From Peptostreptococcaceae bacterium (lineage in GTDB: Bacteria; Bacillota; Clostridia; Peptostreptococcales; BM714), in NCBI GenBank assembly GCA_016649995.1, contig JAENWJ010000004.1:1-62953 (forward strand): a DNA stretch of 62,953 nucleotides, given 5' to 3'. Under the pieces are notes generated by a model. It was given only the letters and a program-made list of their open reading frames with translations, was not told the origin of the DNA and did not search any database. Within the stretch, counting starts at the first letter, position 1, and every line of letters begins with the position of its first letter. Position numbers and translations under genes: made by a program. Positions 18,439-29,329 of the stretch are shown here, one piece after another.

Positions 18439-19043
18439 GCCTCTATCATCTCCTTAAGATTTTTCAGTATTTTATACCCTGTCTCCCCGCTTTTTTCAGG
18501 ATGGAACTGGGCCCCTATAACATTCCCCCTGCGCACAATTGCAGGAAATTCCACTCCATACTCGCTGGAAAAAACCACATCATCCGGGTCCTTGGGAACA
18601 GCATAGTATGAATGAACAAAATATACAAATTCTCCGGTCTCTACACCTCTGCCAATGGGGTCGTCCCTTTTCACGATGATATTGTTCCAGCCCATGTGGG
18701 GAACCTTAAAGTCAATGTCAAATCTTACAACATCTCCCTTGAGGAATCCAAGGCCTTCCCATTCGCCATCCTCGTAACTCTTGTCAAACAAAAGCTGCAT
18801 TCCAAGGCAAATGCCGATTAGAATTTTTCCCTTGTCAACATTTCGGCGTATGCACGGAACAAGCCCCGATTCGTTCAAGCATTTTATCGAATCCCTGAAA
18901 GCCCCAACGCCGGGCAAAAGAACGGCATCGCTTTCATCTATATCCGACTCTTTCGAAGTAATTATTGATTCCACGCCAATATTTTCAAGTGCGGTTTGAA
19001 CATTTTTGAGGTTTCCCATTCCGTAATCCACTATTGCTATCAT
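18435..19043 (-). CDS. hisH: IGP synthase glutaminase subunit
   Basis: DYGMGN, LPGVGAF, GICLGMQ, QFHPEKS. Confidence 0.97.
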   Translation of the reverse strand: MIAIVDYGMGNLKNVQTALENIGVESIITSKESDIDESDAVLLPGVGAFRDSIKCLNESGLVPCIRRNVDKGKILIGICLGMQLLFDKSYEDGEWEGLGFLKGDVVRFDIDFKVPHMGWNNIIVKRDDPIGRGVETGEFVYFVHSYYAVPKDPDDVVFSSEYGVEFPAIVRRGNVIGAQFHPEKSGETGYKILKNLKEMIEA

Positions 19044-19054
19044 TAAACGACCCC

Positions 19055-19639
19055 CTATAAAACGCCTTTTGTCGAAGGAATTCCTTCTATCAACTTATCA
19101 ATGGAAACAGCTTCCTTCAAAGCCCTTCCAAATCCTTTGAACATGGACTCCGCCATGTGGTGGTTATTCTTTCCGTACATCATGGCAATATGAAGGGTTA
19201 TGCCGCTTGAAACGGCAAACGCTCTGAAGAATTCCTCAATCATTTCTGTTTCCATGGAACCTATGCGCTCGCAGGTGAAGCAGGAATCGAATACAAGCAT
19301 TCCCCTTCCGCTTATGTCGATGCAAACCCTGCTTAGAGACTCATCCATTGGTGTAAACTTTGACGCATATCTTCTTATCCCTCTTTTGTCTCCCAATGCC
19401 TCCTTAAACGCCTTTCCAAGAACTATGCCTGCATCCTCTATCACGTGGTGGTTGTCCACCTCATAGTCGCCTTCTGCCGAGAGGTCTATTCCAAACCTTC
19501 CATGACTGGCGAAAAGGTTAAGCATATGGTCGAAAAACCCTATGCCGGTATCGATTCTGGCCTCTTCCTGTTCATCCAGGTTCAGAGAAAGGTAAATCTT
19601 GGTTTCCTTTGTTCCCCTTTCCATCTCGCTTTTTCTCAT
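19055..19639 (-). CDS. hisB: Imidazoleglycerol-phosphate dehydratase
   Basis: TGIGFFDHML, HHVIED, NNHHMAE, PSTKG. Confidence 0.97.
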   Translation of the reverse strand: MRKSEMERGTKETKIYLSLNLDEQEEARIDTGIGFFDHMLNLFASHGRFGIDLSAEGDYEVDNHHVIEDAGIVLGKAFKEALGDKRGIRRYASKFTPMDESLSRVCIDISGRGMLVFDSCFTCERIGSMETEMIEEFFRAFAVSSGITLHIAMMYGKNNHHMAESMFKGFGRALKEAVSIDKLIEGIPSTKGVL

Positions 19640-20700
19640 TTAAAAACCCCCCTTATGACAGCCATAACGGCTTCATTTTCACTTTGCGAACCTATGCTTA
19701 TGCGCAAGCAATTCTCGAGACGCCCTCCGGAGTACTTTCGAACCAATATGGACTCATCCTTGAATGCCTTGTCCAGCTTTTCCGCTTCCGCAGTCCTAAG
19801 CAATATGAAATTGCTTTTTGTGGGAAAGACTTTCAATTCGTCTATCTTGGCAAGCTCGCCAAGCATCCTTTCCCTTTCATCCTTCATTGCTTCTATGTTC
19901 TTGTTTATATAAGACGCGTGCACCAGAACCTCCGTTGCAAGCCTTTGGGATATTCGGTTAAGGTTGTAGGGGGGTTTTATTGCCCTCATAACTTCCATTA
20001 TAGGTCCATCCGCTATGATATATCCGAGTCTCAGTCCAGCCAAGCCGAATGCCTTTGACAATGTCCTCATTATTACGAGATTCTCCCAGTCGCCTATTTC
20101 GTCAACCATGGACTCTCCTGCAAACTCTATATACGCCTCATCGAGAACAAGTATAGATTCGGTCTCTCTGAGGACACGCCTTACCTGGCTCTTTTCAAGT
20201 ATGTTTCCGGTCGGATTATTGGGATTGCACAGAAAGATAAGCTTTGGCTTGAGCTCTCGCGCTTTTGCTATCAATGCATCTATGTCTATGTTAAAAACCT
20301 CGTCCGTTTCGATTTCAGCATATGTTCCTCCGGACACACGGGTTGAAACACCGTACATTCCAAATGTCGGACTATGTGAAAGAACAACCTCCCCAGGGTT
20401 TACGAAACCGTCTACTATCATCTTAATAAGTTCGTCTGAACCGTTTCCACAAAGTATCTTCTCGGGCGGAACGCCTATGAACCCGGAAATAGCTTTCCTT
20501 AGCTCGGACGCTTCGCTATCGGGATAGCGGTTTATATCTTCTTTCATAACATTTCCCCATATTTCAGGCATGATTTCCTGGAATATGTTGGTGTTGGATT
20601 CATTCGCGTCTATCTTGATGTCGTATTTACTGTTGTCGACCAGGTATGCTTTCATACCCTTTATGGACTCTTTTGTCATTCTTTCAATCATTATTATCAA
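19636..20700 (-). CDS. hisC: Histidinol-phosphate aminotransferase
   Basis: NRYPD, GNGSDE, CNPNNPTG, DEAY, RTLSKAFGLAGLRLG. Confidence 0.95.
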   Translation of the reverse strand: MIIMIERMTKESIKGMKAYLVDNSKYDIKIDANESNTNIFQEIMPEIWGNVMKEDINRYPDSEASELRKAISGFIGVPPEKILCGNGSDELIKMIVDGFVNPGEVVLSHSPTFGMYGVSTRVSGGTYAEIETDEVFNIDIDALIAKARELKPKLIFLCNPNNPTGNILEKSQVRRVLRETESILVLDEAYIEFAGESMVDEIGDWENLVIMRTLSKAFGLAGLRLGYIIADGPIMEVMRAIKPPYNLNRISQRLATEVLVHASYINKNIEAMKDERERMLGELAKIDELKVFPTKSNFILLRTAEAEKLDKAFKDESILVRKYSGGRLENCLRISIGSQSENEAVMAVIRGVFK

Positions 20701-21976
20701 ACCTCACTTTTATAGAATTGGCATGGGCGGTAAGCCCTTCCTTGCGCGCAAATTTTATTATCTTGTCCCTGTTTTTTTCCAAGGCTTGCTTTGAATATTT
20801 TATATAGCTTGTTCTTTTTATGAAGTCATACACCCCAAGCGCTGAAGAAAACCTGGCAGTTCCCGATGTCGGCAGTGTATGGTTGGGTCCCGCAAAGTAG
20901 TCCCCTACCGGTTCCGGAGAATACGGCCCCAGAAATATGGCCCCCGCATTCCGAACCGATTCAAGATAGTCATCCGGATTTTCAAGCAAAAGCTCTAGAT
21001 GCTCCGGCGCCACAACGTTTGCTATTTCAAATGCCTGCTCAAGATTTTCGGTCACAAATATGAAGCCATTATTCCTTACGGATGCTTCGGCTATTTCTTT
21101 CCTTTCAAGGAGAGCCGCCTGACGCCCCACCGCTTCGGCAACCTCTTCGGCCAGTCTTTGCGATGTTGTTGCAAGAATGACTCCCGCCAGTTCGTCGTGT
21201 TCGGCCTGCGAAAGCAGATCTGCAGCTATGCATTCGGGATTCTGTTTTTCATCGGCTATTATAAAAATCTCGCTCGGTCCAGCCATCATGTCTATTGCAA
21301 CCGTTCCGAAAACTGCCTGCTTTGCTCTTGCAACATAGATATTTCCCGGTCCGGTAATCTTGTCAACCGGAGTAATGGTTTCTGTTCCGTAGGCAAGAGC
21401 AGCAATAGCCTGAGCCCCTCCAACCTTATATATTTCATGGACTCCCGCTACATAGGCAGCCGCAAGTATGCTTAAATTTACACCTCCGCTTAAGTCCGGA
21501 GGAGTTACCATTGCAATCTGTTCCACCCCCGCCACCTTGGCCGGTATAGCATTCATTAGCACTGTGGATGGATACGCAGCCTTTCCTCCCGGAATGTAGA
21601 TTCCGACTCTGGATAGTGGCCTTATTATCTGCCCGAGAACGGTTTTATCCTCGTTTTCAAACATCCACGTCTCTTCCTTCTGCTTTTCGTGATATACCCT
21701 TATGTTTTCTGCCGCCTCCTTAAGAACCTCAAGGAATTCAGGATCGACTTTTTTTGCCGCCTCTTCAATTTCTTCCTTCCCAACCCTAATCGAAGATAGA
21801 ATCACCCGATCGAAGATTTCTGTATATGAATAGAGCGCAGAATCGCCTTTTTCCCTTACCTCGCTTATTATTTCACGCACCTTTTCATCTATTTCCTTAA
21901 AATCGTCGGCACCTCTTTTTAGAAGCCCGCTAACCTTATCCTGCGCAAAATCCTTGCTCACTTTAATTATTTTCAT
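20684..21976 (-). CDS. hisD: Histidinol dehydrogenase
   Basis: YIPGGKAAYPST, GPGN, AGPSE, QAEHD, APEHL, NHTLPT. Confidence 0.97.
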   Translation of the reverse strand: MKIIKVSKDFAQDKVSGLLKRGADDFKEIDEKVREIISEVREKGDSALYSYTEIFDRVILSSIRVGKEEIEEAAKKVDPEFLEVLKEAAENIRVYHEKQKEETWMFENEDKTVLGQIIRPLSRVGIYIPGGKAAYPSTVLMNAIPAKVAGVEQIAMVTPPDLSGGVNLSILAAAYVAGVHEIYKVGGAQAIAALAYGTETITPVDKITGPGNIYVARAKQAVFGTVAIDMMAGPSEIFIIADEKQNPECIAADLLSQAEHDELAGVILATTSQRLAEEVAEAVGRQAALLERKEIAEASVRNNGFIFVTENLEQAFEIANVVAPEHLELLLENPDDYLESVRNAGAIFLGPYSPEPVGDYFAGPNHTLPTSGTARFSSALGVYDFIKRTSYIKYSKQALEKNRDKIIKFARKEGLTAHANSIKVRFDNND

Positions 21977-21981
21977 TCGGA

Positions 21982-22614
21982 TTACCTCTCCCTTAAAACG
22001 GTTTCTATCTTTTCGATTATGTTGTCGATTTCCCCGCTTTTGGTTTTCAAGCTAACCTTGTTGACAATCAAGCGGGCGCTTATATCGAATATTTCCTCAA
22101 GTATTACAAGCCCGTTCTCTTTAAGCGTTTTGCCACTCTCTACTATATCGACTATGACATCGGAAAGCCCCATTATCGGGGCAAGCTCAACTGAACCGTT
22201 AAGCTTTATAACCTCTGTGGGGATACCCTTCTTGTTGAAATATTCCTTTGCCGAGTTTGAAAACTTGGTGCCTATCTTGAGCTTCTTTTTCTTGTTGAAC
22301 TCTTGGCTCTCGTATCCCGCCACGCAAAGGCGGCAAGCACCTATTCCCAAATCTGCAACTTCATATACATCAACCTTGTTCTCCATAAGGACATCCTTCC
22401 CAACGACGCCTATGTCCGCAGCCCCCTTTTCAACATAAACAGGAACATCCCAAGGTTTTACAAATATCATGCGTATTCTTCCTGTCTTGTCCTGAAAAAT
22501 AAGCTTCCTGCTTTTTTCCGTATAGTCGGGAAATTCTATCCCGGCCTCTTCCATTATCTTTATGGCCTCTTTGGCCAAACGGCCCTTGGCTAGAGCTATT
22601 TTTATTTTGTCCAT
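21982..22614 (-). CDS. hisG: ATP phosphoribosyltransferase, short form
   Basis: IALAKGR, GSVELAP, DIVESGKTLKENGL. Confidence 0.95.
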   Translation of the reverse strand: MDKIKIALAKGRLAKEAIKIMEEAGIEFPDYTEKSRKLIFQDKTGRIRMIFVKPWDVPVYVEKGAADIGVVGKDVLMENKVDVYEVADLGIGACRLCVAGYESQEFNKKKKLKIGTKFSNSAKEYFNKKGIPTEVIKLNGSVELAPIMGLSDVIVDIVESGKTLKENGLVILEEIFDISARLIVNKVSLKTKSGEIDNIIEKIETVLRER

Positions 22615-22628
22615 TTTATCTCCCCCAA

Positions 22629-23918
22629 TCAGAATTTCATCATTTCCGCCGGCTCATTCATGAGCTTGGCATAATTTTTGACGCTATATGTCTTCATTGC
22701 CCTGTCAGCTGTTCTTCTAACCGTTATTTCATCCCCCATGAATTCGACTATGTGCTTTGCATTCCTAAAGCCCGCATTAAACAACTGAAACTGCAGGTCG
22801 TTTTGTAAAAGATCCGTTTCCACTATCATTCCAGTGCTTCGCATTCTTTCTGCCAACGCATGTGCCCTTACCATGTTTTCTTCCGAACAGACCATATAGC
22901 AATCGGTATGACAATCATATGCTTGATTGATATCGTAAATGTTCATCACTTCAATCAATTGGTCTACATTGAATCCGAATCCACACGCCGGCTTGCCCTC
23001 CCCGAATTGCTCCATTAGGTTGTCGTACCGGCCGCCTGACAAAAGCACCCGGCCATAGTTGCTTACATAACCCTTATAAATGACTCCTGTGTAGTAATTG
23101 AACTGATTCGTAAATCCCAAGTCGAAAAGGATATATTTTTCCATTCCCCATGCCTTCAATATTTCATAAACGGCCTTCAGGTTTTCAAGGGATTTCCTCA
23201 TTTCTTCGTTCACAATAACCTCTTCTGCCCGCTCAATCACATCCGATGGTTTTCCGTATAGTCTTGGAAGCTTTATTATTGCATTCTTTACAACCTCGTC
23301 CATGTTCAATCTTTCAAGATATGTTGAAAGCTCGCTGTAATTCTTGTCTTCTATAAATTTGTACAGCATTGCTTTTTTGTGGCTTCCAATACCAGTACCC
23401 TCGAGCAGTTGTCCTAAAAATCCAGCATGGCCCATATCTATGTGAAAATCCTCAAGGCCGAATCCCAAAAGCATTTTGATGCCCATGGCAATCACCTCGG
23501 CATCGCACCAGGTTTTCGCGCTGCCCATATATTCGATCCCCGCCTGTGTAAATTCTCTTCTATTGCCCCGTTCGCTTTCGCTGTGCCTAAATATGTTAGT
23601 TATATAAGACAGTTTCAAATAACCTTCCGAATGCTTGTAATTCATTGCTGCCATCCTGGCTACAGGTATCGTGGCATCCGGTCTCAGCACGAGAATTTTG
23701 CCGTCGGAATCTATGATTTTAAACATCTCTGTCACATCTATTGTTCCGTCTATACCCAAATAGAGATCGTAGAATTCAAATGTTGGTGTTGCAACCTGGC
23801 GGTAGCCATAGGATTTGAACATTGACCTTATATCCGATACCAGATTTTCCTTGATTTCATATTCATCGCTGTGTATATCGTCTACTCCCTCCGGGAATAA
23901 TTCTTTATATAAAACCAT
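22629..23918 (-). CDS. hisZ: ATP phosphoribosyltransferase regulatory subunit
   Basis: HisRS-like fold (TPTFE, LRPDAT, FTQAGIE, YYTG, GGRYD), directly upstream of short hisG. Confidence 0.92.
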   Translation of the reverse strand: MVLYKELFPEGVDDIHSDEYEIKENLVSDIRSMFKSYGYRQVATPTFEFYDLYLGIDGTIDVTEMFKIIDSDGKILVLRPDATIPVARMAAMNYKHSEGYLKLSYITNIFRHSESERGNRREFTQAGIEYMGSAKTWCDAEVIAMGIKMLLGFGLEDFHIDMGHAGFLGQLLEGTGIGSHKKAMLYKFIEDKNYSELSTYLERLNMDEVVKNAIIKLPRLYGKPSDVIERAEEVIVNEEMRKSLENLKAVYEILKAWGMEKYILFDLGFTNQFNYYTGVIYKGYVSNYGRVLLSGGRYDNLMEQFGEGKPACGFGFNVDQLIEVMNIYDINQAYDCHTDCYMVCSEENMVRAHALAERMRSTGMIVETDLLQNDLQFQLFNAGFRNAKHIVEFMGDEITVRRTADRAMKTYSVKNYAKLMNEPAEMMKF

Positions 23919-23947
23919 GACAGTCCTCCGTTTCGTTTGTTTTATTA

Positions 23948-24012
23948 CTGTATCGTGCTAAAGCGGTAAATTGCTATAGTGACATTTTATTACTTATGCC
24001 TCTTGAAGTCAA
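23948..24012 (-). promoter_or_regulatory. his operon sigma-A promoter with HisR(YerC)-like operator
   Basis: TTGACT (24012-24007)-17 bp-TAAAAT (23989-23984). CTGTATCGTGCTAAAG (23948-23963) resembles the CTTTA-N6-TAAAG HisR site, with further TAAA half-sites alongside. Confidence 0.6.
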
Positions 24013-24127
24013 CAATAAAATAGACGCCGCAATAAAGTCTTATTATTCTGACTTTTGCAGCCCGTTCCTTGCTATTGATACCCACTCTGTTAGAATATAA
24101 TATATGTCTTTAAAGGGAGGTAATAAA

Positions 24128-24922
24128 ATGTACGATTATCATGTGCACAGCGATTTTTCAAATGATTGCGATATTCCCATGGCAAGTTTTGTTGAAGAGG
24201 CTATTAAGCGAAATATTTCCGAGATATGCTTCACCGACCATATGGATTACGACTATACGGACCCCACCATAAGCTTCAACTTCGATCCAGGAGAAAGGCT
24301 ACAGGTCATCGAATCCCTAAGGAAAAAATATGGAAAGAGAATCAAGATACTCAGCGGAATTGAAATAGGAATGCAGCCCCATATAACCTGGCGTTGCCAG
24401 GCTTTGCTTGAAAAATGGAATTTCGATTTTGTAATAGCCTCCATTCACACGGCAAGCAAGGAAGACCTCTACAATGGAGATTTTTTTTCAGGCAAGACCC
24501 CTGATGAGGCCTACAGGATTTACTTAAGCGAGCTTTATGAAAGTATCCAAACCCTTGATGGCTTTTCTGTCATAGGCCACATAGACATACCCGGCAAATA
24601 CCAGAAATCGGTCAAGGCTCTTCGCCCCGAAGATTACTTCGAGTATTATGAAATGATTTTCAAAAGGCTTGCCCAAAAAGGAAAGGGAATAGAGGTCAAC
24701 ACCTCCGCTATGAGCAGGGGAAAAAGCCACATGATGCCTTCCCTTCCTATACTCAAGCTGTATAAAAAGCTCGGCGGAGAGGTTATTACTATGGGATCGG
24801 ATTCCCACACGCCCGAGACAATAGCTTTTGAATTCGACTATGTAAGGGAAACTCTTCTAGACGTCGGTTTCAAATATGTATGCACGTTTGATAAAGGAAA
24901 GCCTATTTTCAACAAACTTTAA
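24128..24922 (+). CDS. hisK: PHP-family histidinol-phosphatase (HisJ/HisK)
   Basis: DYHVHS, FTDH, SIH, GHID, IEVNTS, GSDSH. Divergent from hisZ. Confidence 0.88.
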   Translation: MYDYHVHSDFSNDCDIPMASFVEEAIKRNISEICFTDHMDYDYTDPTISFNFDPGERLQVIESLRKKYGKRIKILSGIEIGMQPHITWRCQALLEKWNFDFVIASIHTASKEDLYNGDFFSGKTPDEAYRIYLSELYESIQTLDGFSVIGHIDIPGKYQKSVKALRPEDYFEYYEMIFKRLAQKGKGIEVNTSAMSRGKSHMMPSLPILKLYKKLGGEVITMGSDSHTPETIAFEFDYVRETLLDVGFKYVCTFDKGKPIFNKL

Positions 24923-24971
24923 AGTGGGAAGAGGAAAGACAGCTAGCAGCATGCAGCAGGCAGTAAGCAGT
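24921..24971 (+). repeat. Degenerate heptamer tandem tract (AAGTGG/GCAGNNN)
   Basis: gcagcat gcagcag gcagtaa gcagttt right after the hisK stop. Confidence 0.7.
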
Positions 24972-25087
24972 TTAAGAGTCAAAAGCTTAAGCAAAATTCA
25001 AATTCACAAATACCGAAACAAACGCCAAATAATTGAATGCCCGTTGCCGGCTCAAAATCTGATTGCCGACTACGCCCTTCCTGCTGT

Positions 25088-25286
25088 TTCGCGTGCCCTG
25101 TGGGTATTCATAAACTCACTCCGTATCGGGCTAAAGCCAAAGCGGATTTCTTGACGATTTAGCCTTATCCAAAGCTGTGAATATCAAGCCTCGGTCGATG
25201 CACGCAATATGAAACCTCAACCTGAATCAGCATTAAGTTGATTCTCAATTTGAGTGGCGAATTAAACTGCATAAGTTTCTAAAAAC
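25088..25286. repeat. Structured interspersed repeat element, copy 1
   Basis: Near-identical to 31359-31590 (e.g. TCGGGCTAAAGCCAAAGC.GATTTCTTGACGATTTAGCCTTATCCAAAGCTGTGAATATCAAGCCTCGGTCGATGCA), but lacks ~34 nt internally. Confidence 0.92.
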
Positions 25287-25383
25287 TTCAAACCAATTCA
25301 AAAAAAGAAACCGGAAAACCATGAACATTAGAAAAGGTTTTTCGGTTTCTTATATTGGATTTCGCCTTTTTCTTTTGTATTTG

Positions 25384-25408
25384 TTGCTACTTGCTACTTG
25401 TTACTTGC
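25384..25408 (+). repeat. Heptamer tract TTGCTAC
   Basis: ttgctac ttgctac ttgttac ttgc. Confidence 0.8.
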
Positions 25409-25524
25409 AGAAACAAGTATAAAACATAAAAACTTAAAAAATAGGTTCTGTTAGACTTTAGTGCTATTATTTGATTAAACCAAACATATAATTTTATAAG
25501 AGTCTTCGAGAGGGAGTAATTAAA

Positions 25525-25713
25525 ATGTATGCAATTTTAAGTTGGATATTTCTAATTTTATCACCTGTTTCATTTGTAGGTATATTGTATATAGTCTTAA
25601 AAAAAGATAAAGGGAACATGATGACAAAATTATTTGTAGGTATATCTTTAGGGGCGAGTATTGCTTTTGTAATGTGGTTTATTAGCGCCTATATTGGAAT
25701 GAATTATCGTTGA
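25525..25713 (+). CDS. Small two-TM membrane protein, hypothetical
   Basis: SD GAGGGAG; two hydrophobic segments joined by KKDKG; AT-rich. Confidence 0.7.
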   Translation: MYAILSWIFLILSPVSFVGILYIVLKKDKGNMMTKLFVGISLGASIAFVMWFISAYIGMNYR

Positions 25714-25864
25714 TAAGAATATAAAATTAGAATTACTCAAATTATAAAAATATAAATCAAGTAAAGTATTTTAACATGCGTTATTAAAGAACTTGGAAAA
25801 GAGATGTAAAAACAAAAGACAAAACCAAAGGCTTATCACCCCATGGTTTTGTCTTTTTCTTTTA

Positions 25865-26435
<571 letters not shown>

Positions 26436-26545
26436 ATTTACGCTTCCTTTCATGTCGTTTTCTTTTTTTACTGTCCATCCATTATACACTAATTTGCCAA
26501 CAAAATATCCCGAAAGCCGCAAATGCTTTCAGGATACATTTTAAA

Positions 26546-27802
26546 TCATTCGTGAAGTTTATGCCTCTTATCTCGTTCAAGTTCCTTGAGCTCAAGCGAA
26601 ACGCTATTTCCCTGCAGAAGTCCCGCAACACCCTCCATCTCATGAGTCTTTTCTCCTTGGCAATATTCACATTGGCAAGCAGAAACATAATTATCGGGCT
26701 CGGTATAGGTCGTTATAACACCTTCATAGTTTCTAAGCACAACCTTATTGTGAGACATGGATACGACGTAATTTGGCATTACAGGTATCTTTCCGCCTCC
26801 TCCCGGCGCATCCACCACAAAGGTTGGGACTGCCATGCCGGAGGTATGCCCTCTTAGGCTTTCTATTATTTCTATACCCTTCGAAACAGGGGTCCTAAAA
26901 TGTTCTATTCCCTGTGAAAGGTCGCATTGATAAATGTAGTACGGCCTTACCCTGATTTTTAGCATTCCATGCATCAATTCCCTCATAATGTGTGAGCAAT
27001 CATTAATGCCTCTTAGAAGCACAGTCTGGTTTCCCACCGGGATGCCCGCATTCACAAGACGTTCGCACGCTTTTTTTGATTCAGGAGTTATCTCATTCGG
27101 ATGGTTGAAATGGGTGTTTAGCCAAATGGGATGATATTTTTTAAGCATTTTTACGAGTTGAGGCGTAATCCTCTGTGGAAGCACAACCGGAGTACGTGTT
27201 CCTATTCGTATTATTTCAACATGGGGAATGGCTCTCAATCTAGAAATTATATACTCAAGCTTTTCATCAGAAACCAACAGGGCATCTCCTCCTGAAAGCA
27301 GCACATCCCTGATTTCCGGTGTTTTTCTGATGTGTTCTATGGCTAAATCTATGTTGTCCACGGAGTTTGCCGTATCCTTTTGTCCTGCAAACCGCCTGCG
27401 TGTACAATGTCTGCAATACATAGCACACATATCCGTAACGAGAAAAAGAACCCTGTCAGGATATCTGTGTGTCAACCCGGTAACCGGTGAATCAGAATCT
27501 TCATGAAGAGGATCCAGCATGTCAGCCGAACTCTTATGTGTTTCTTTAATCGTCGGAACAGCTTGCATCCGAATAGGACAATTCACATCATTCAGACTCA
27601 TGAGCGATGCATAGTAAGGCGTTATCGCCATGCGAAGCGTCTTGAGTGAATCCATTATGCCCTCTTCTTCATCTTTTGAAAGATTTATGACTTTTTTCAA
27701 TTGACTTACCGTTGTTATTCTGTTCTTAACCTGCCAACGCCAATCGTTCCATTCTTCCTTGCTTACATTCTCCCATAGCTTAATCGAAGCATGTTTTCTC
27801 AA
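26546..27802 (-). CDS. kamA: Lysine 2,3-aminomutase (radical SAM, PLP)
   Basis: [40 protein letters not shown]-terminal CxCxxC Zn site. Confidence 0.93.
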   Translation of the reverse strand: MRKHASIKLWENVSKEEWNDWRWQVKNRITTVSQLKKVINLSKDEEEGIMDSLKTLRMAITPYYASLMSLNDVNCPIRMQAVPTIKETHKSSADMLDPLHEDSDSPVTGLTHRYPDRVLFLVTDMCAMYCRHCTRRRFAGQKDTANSVDNIDLAIEHIRKTPEIRDVLLSGGDALLVSDEKLEYIISRLRAIPHVEIIRIGTRTPVVLPQRITPQLVKMLKKYHPIWLNTHFNHPNEITPESKKACERLVNAGIPVGNQTVLLRGINDCSHIMRELMHGMLKIRVRPYYIYQCDLSQGIEHFRTPVSKGIEIIESLRGHTSGMAVPTFVVDAPGGGGKIPVMPNYVVSMSHNKVVLRNYEGVITTYTEPDNYVSACQCEYCQGEKTHEMEGVAGLLQGNSVSLELKELERDKRHKLHE

Positions 27803-27851
27803 ATTATCACCTCTTTATTGTTTTAGCTTTAATACGTCTCCAACTATATTT

Positions 27852-27877
27852 ATTCCCTTTTTATTAATTTTTAAACT
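27852..27877 (-). promoter_or_regulatory. SigB-like promoter of kamA
   Basis: AGTTT-15 bp-GGGAAT. A sigma-A-like TTTACA-17-TATAAT lies further upstream. Confidence 0.45.
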
Positions 27878-27998
27878 TTTTTCTTACAACTTCATTATAC
27901 TATTTAAGTTGTTAGTTGTAAAGTATGCGTAAAAATACCGCCGCACCTCAATAAAATGCGCGGCGACTCTATTTTGTATTTTTATTTTATTTTTAAAA

Positions 27999-28127
27999 TC
28001 ATACTGCCGCATCTGCTTCTAGTTTCTTCTTTTTAACCCTTTGAAGCATACCAACGGCCACAAGAACAGCAAATCCAAGAAGAGCCGTAATTATTACCAT
28101 TATGATATCACCGAATTCCGCTTCCAT
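27999..28127 (-). CDS. Small single-TM protein (42 aa), hypothetical
   Basis: MEAEFGDIIMVIITALLGFAVLVAVGMLQRVKKKKLEADAAV*; below the ORF-track size cutoff. Confidence 0.45.
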   Translation of the reverse strand: MEAEFGDIIMVIITALLGFAVLVAVGMLQRVKKKKLEADAAV

Positions 28128-28174
28128 TTTAAGATATTACTTTATATAAGCTTTATTTTCATGTTTGAACATTT

Positions 28175-29248
28175 CTATTTCTGGCTTGCTCCGGATTCGG
28201 GCATAGGCTGGATTTGCTGCATTCCGCCAAACATTGTTTGCATGACGAAATCCTCCATGGTAATCGAGTTCTCCTCGTTTACCGCCGGCATGTCTATCGA
28301 AACCGGCTCATCTATGCCATAAGTCTCGCTGGTAAATTCAAACCCCATTTTTACGGGTTTTTCTGTCGTTTCATCTGTAACCGAATATGCCATATTGACA
28401 TTGGTTTCTCTAGTATTATAGTCTTTGTCAATTCCGAAAACCATTACGAATTCATCTATTGTGAAAACGCCTTCCGCTTCATCGAAAGCTTTTGATGCCT
28501 TTTCAACCAGACTGTCTATCTCCGCTTCAATATCCATGTCTTTTATATTCTTGCCTTCCATCTCCCACTGCATGCGCACGTTGGTTTCCAATGATTTCCT
28601 CATTGTCCCGTTGGAATAGATTTCAGGGATGAGGCTTTTAATAAGTTCTTTTGCCTCTGCATCATCCAATGTAACTGTAATTTCATTCAAGTCATACGTA
28701 CCGTCGGACAATTCAACGCTCTTATCTTCAATAATCATGTTTTCCTCTGAAAAACCGGCTATGAGAGATGTTGCGATTTCCTTGGAAAATGTTTTCATCT
28801 CTTCGATTTCTTCTTCGCTCGGGATTTCCCCTGTAGTGTTTACGGTAATGTATTTGTCGCTCATTGGCATTTTTATAAAAACCCCGCCCATGCTGTCGGC
28901 ATAAACCTCGAGATTAAACTGCATGCCTTTCATGTCGATAAGAACATTGCCGCCCGAAATGCCCGATTCCGTGTCGGAAGCAAATTCACCGCTCACGTTC
29001 ATGCTGTCGATCATTTCAACTAGTCCTCCCGACATGGGATCCTGCGCCTTTTCCTCTTCAGTCATCCCCGGATCAAAAGAAACCCCCATATCAAATGTCT
29101 GTTTGACTGATTTAGTCTCCATGGATCTTTCAATGGATTTTTCCAGCATTTCTTTCGCTGTTTCCTTTTTTGAGCAAGCGCTGAAAACGGTCATAATCAA
29201 AACCGCCACAAGCAATCCTGCCAATATTTTTCTTTTGCTCATATTCAT
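28175..29248 (-). CDS. Lipoprotein, hypothetical (LolA/DUF6612-like beta-rich)
   Basis: KRK, hydrophobic stretch and FSAC lipobox; acidic; ends with a ...PVSIDMP motif. Confidence 0.75.
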   Translation of the reverse strand: MNMSKRKILAGLLVAVLIMTVFSACSKKETAKEMLEKSIERSMETKSVKQTFDMGVSFDPGMTEEEKAQDPMSGGLVEMIDSMNVSGEFASDTESGISGGNVLIDMKGMQFNLEVYADSMGGVFIKMPMSDKYITVNTTGEIPSEEEIEEMKTFSKEIATSLIAGFSEENMIIEDKSVELSDGTYDLNEITVTLDDAEAKELIKSLIPEIYSNGTMRKSLETNVRMQWEMEGKNIKDMDIEAEIDSLVEKASKAFDEAEGVFTIDEFVMVFGIDKDYNTRETNVNMAYSVTDETTEKPVKMGFEFTSETYGIDEPVSIDMPAVNEENSITMEDFVMQTMFGGMQQIQPMPESGASQK

Positions 29249-29329
29249 CGGCCTTAGGCCTTCCCTCCTCTTTCTATTTTATCGTTTTTAATTCTATCAC
29301 TATTACTTTTGTTTTGAATGACAATTTTA

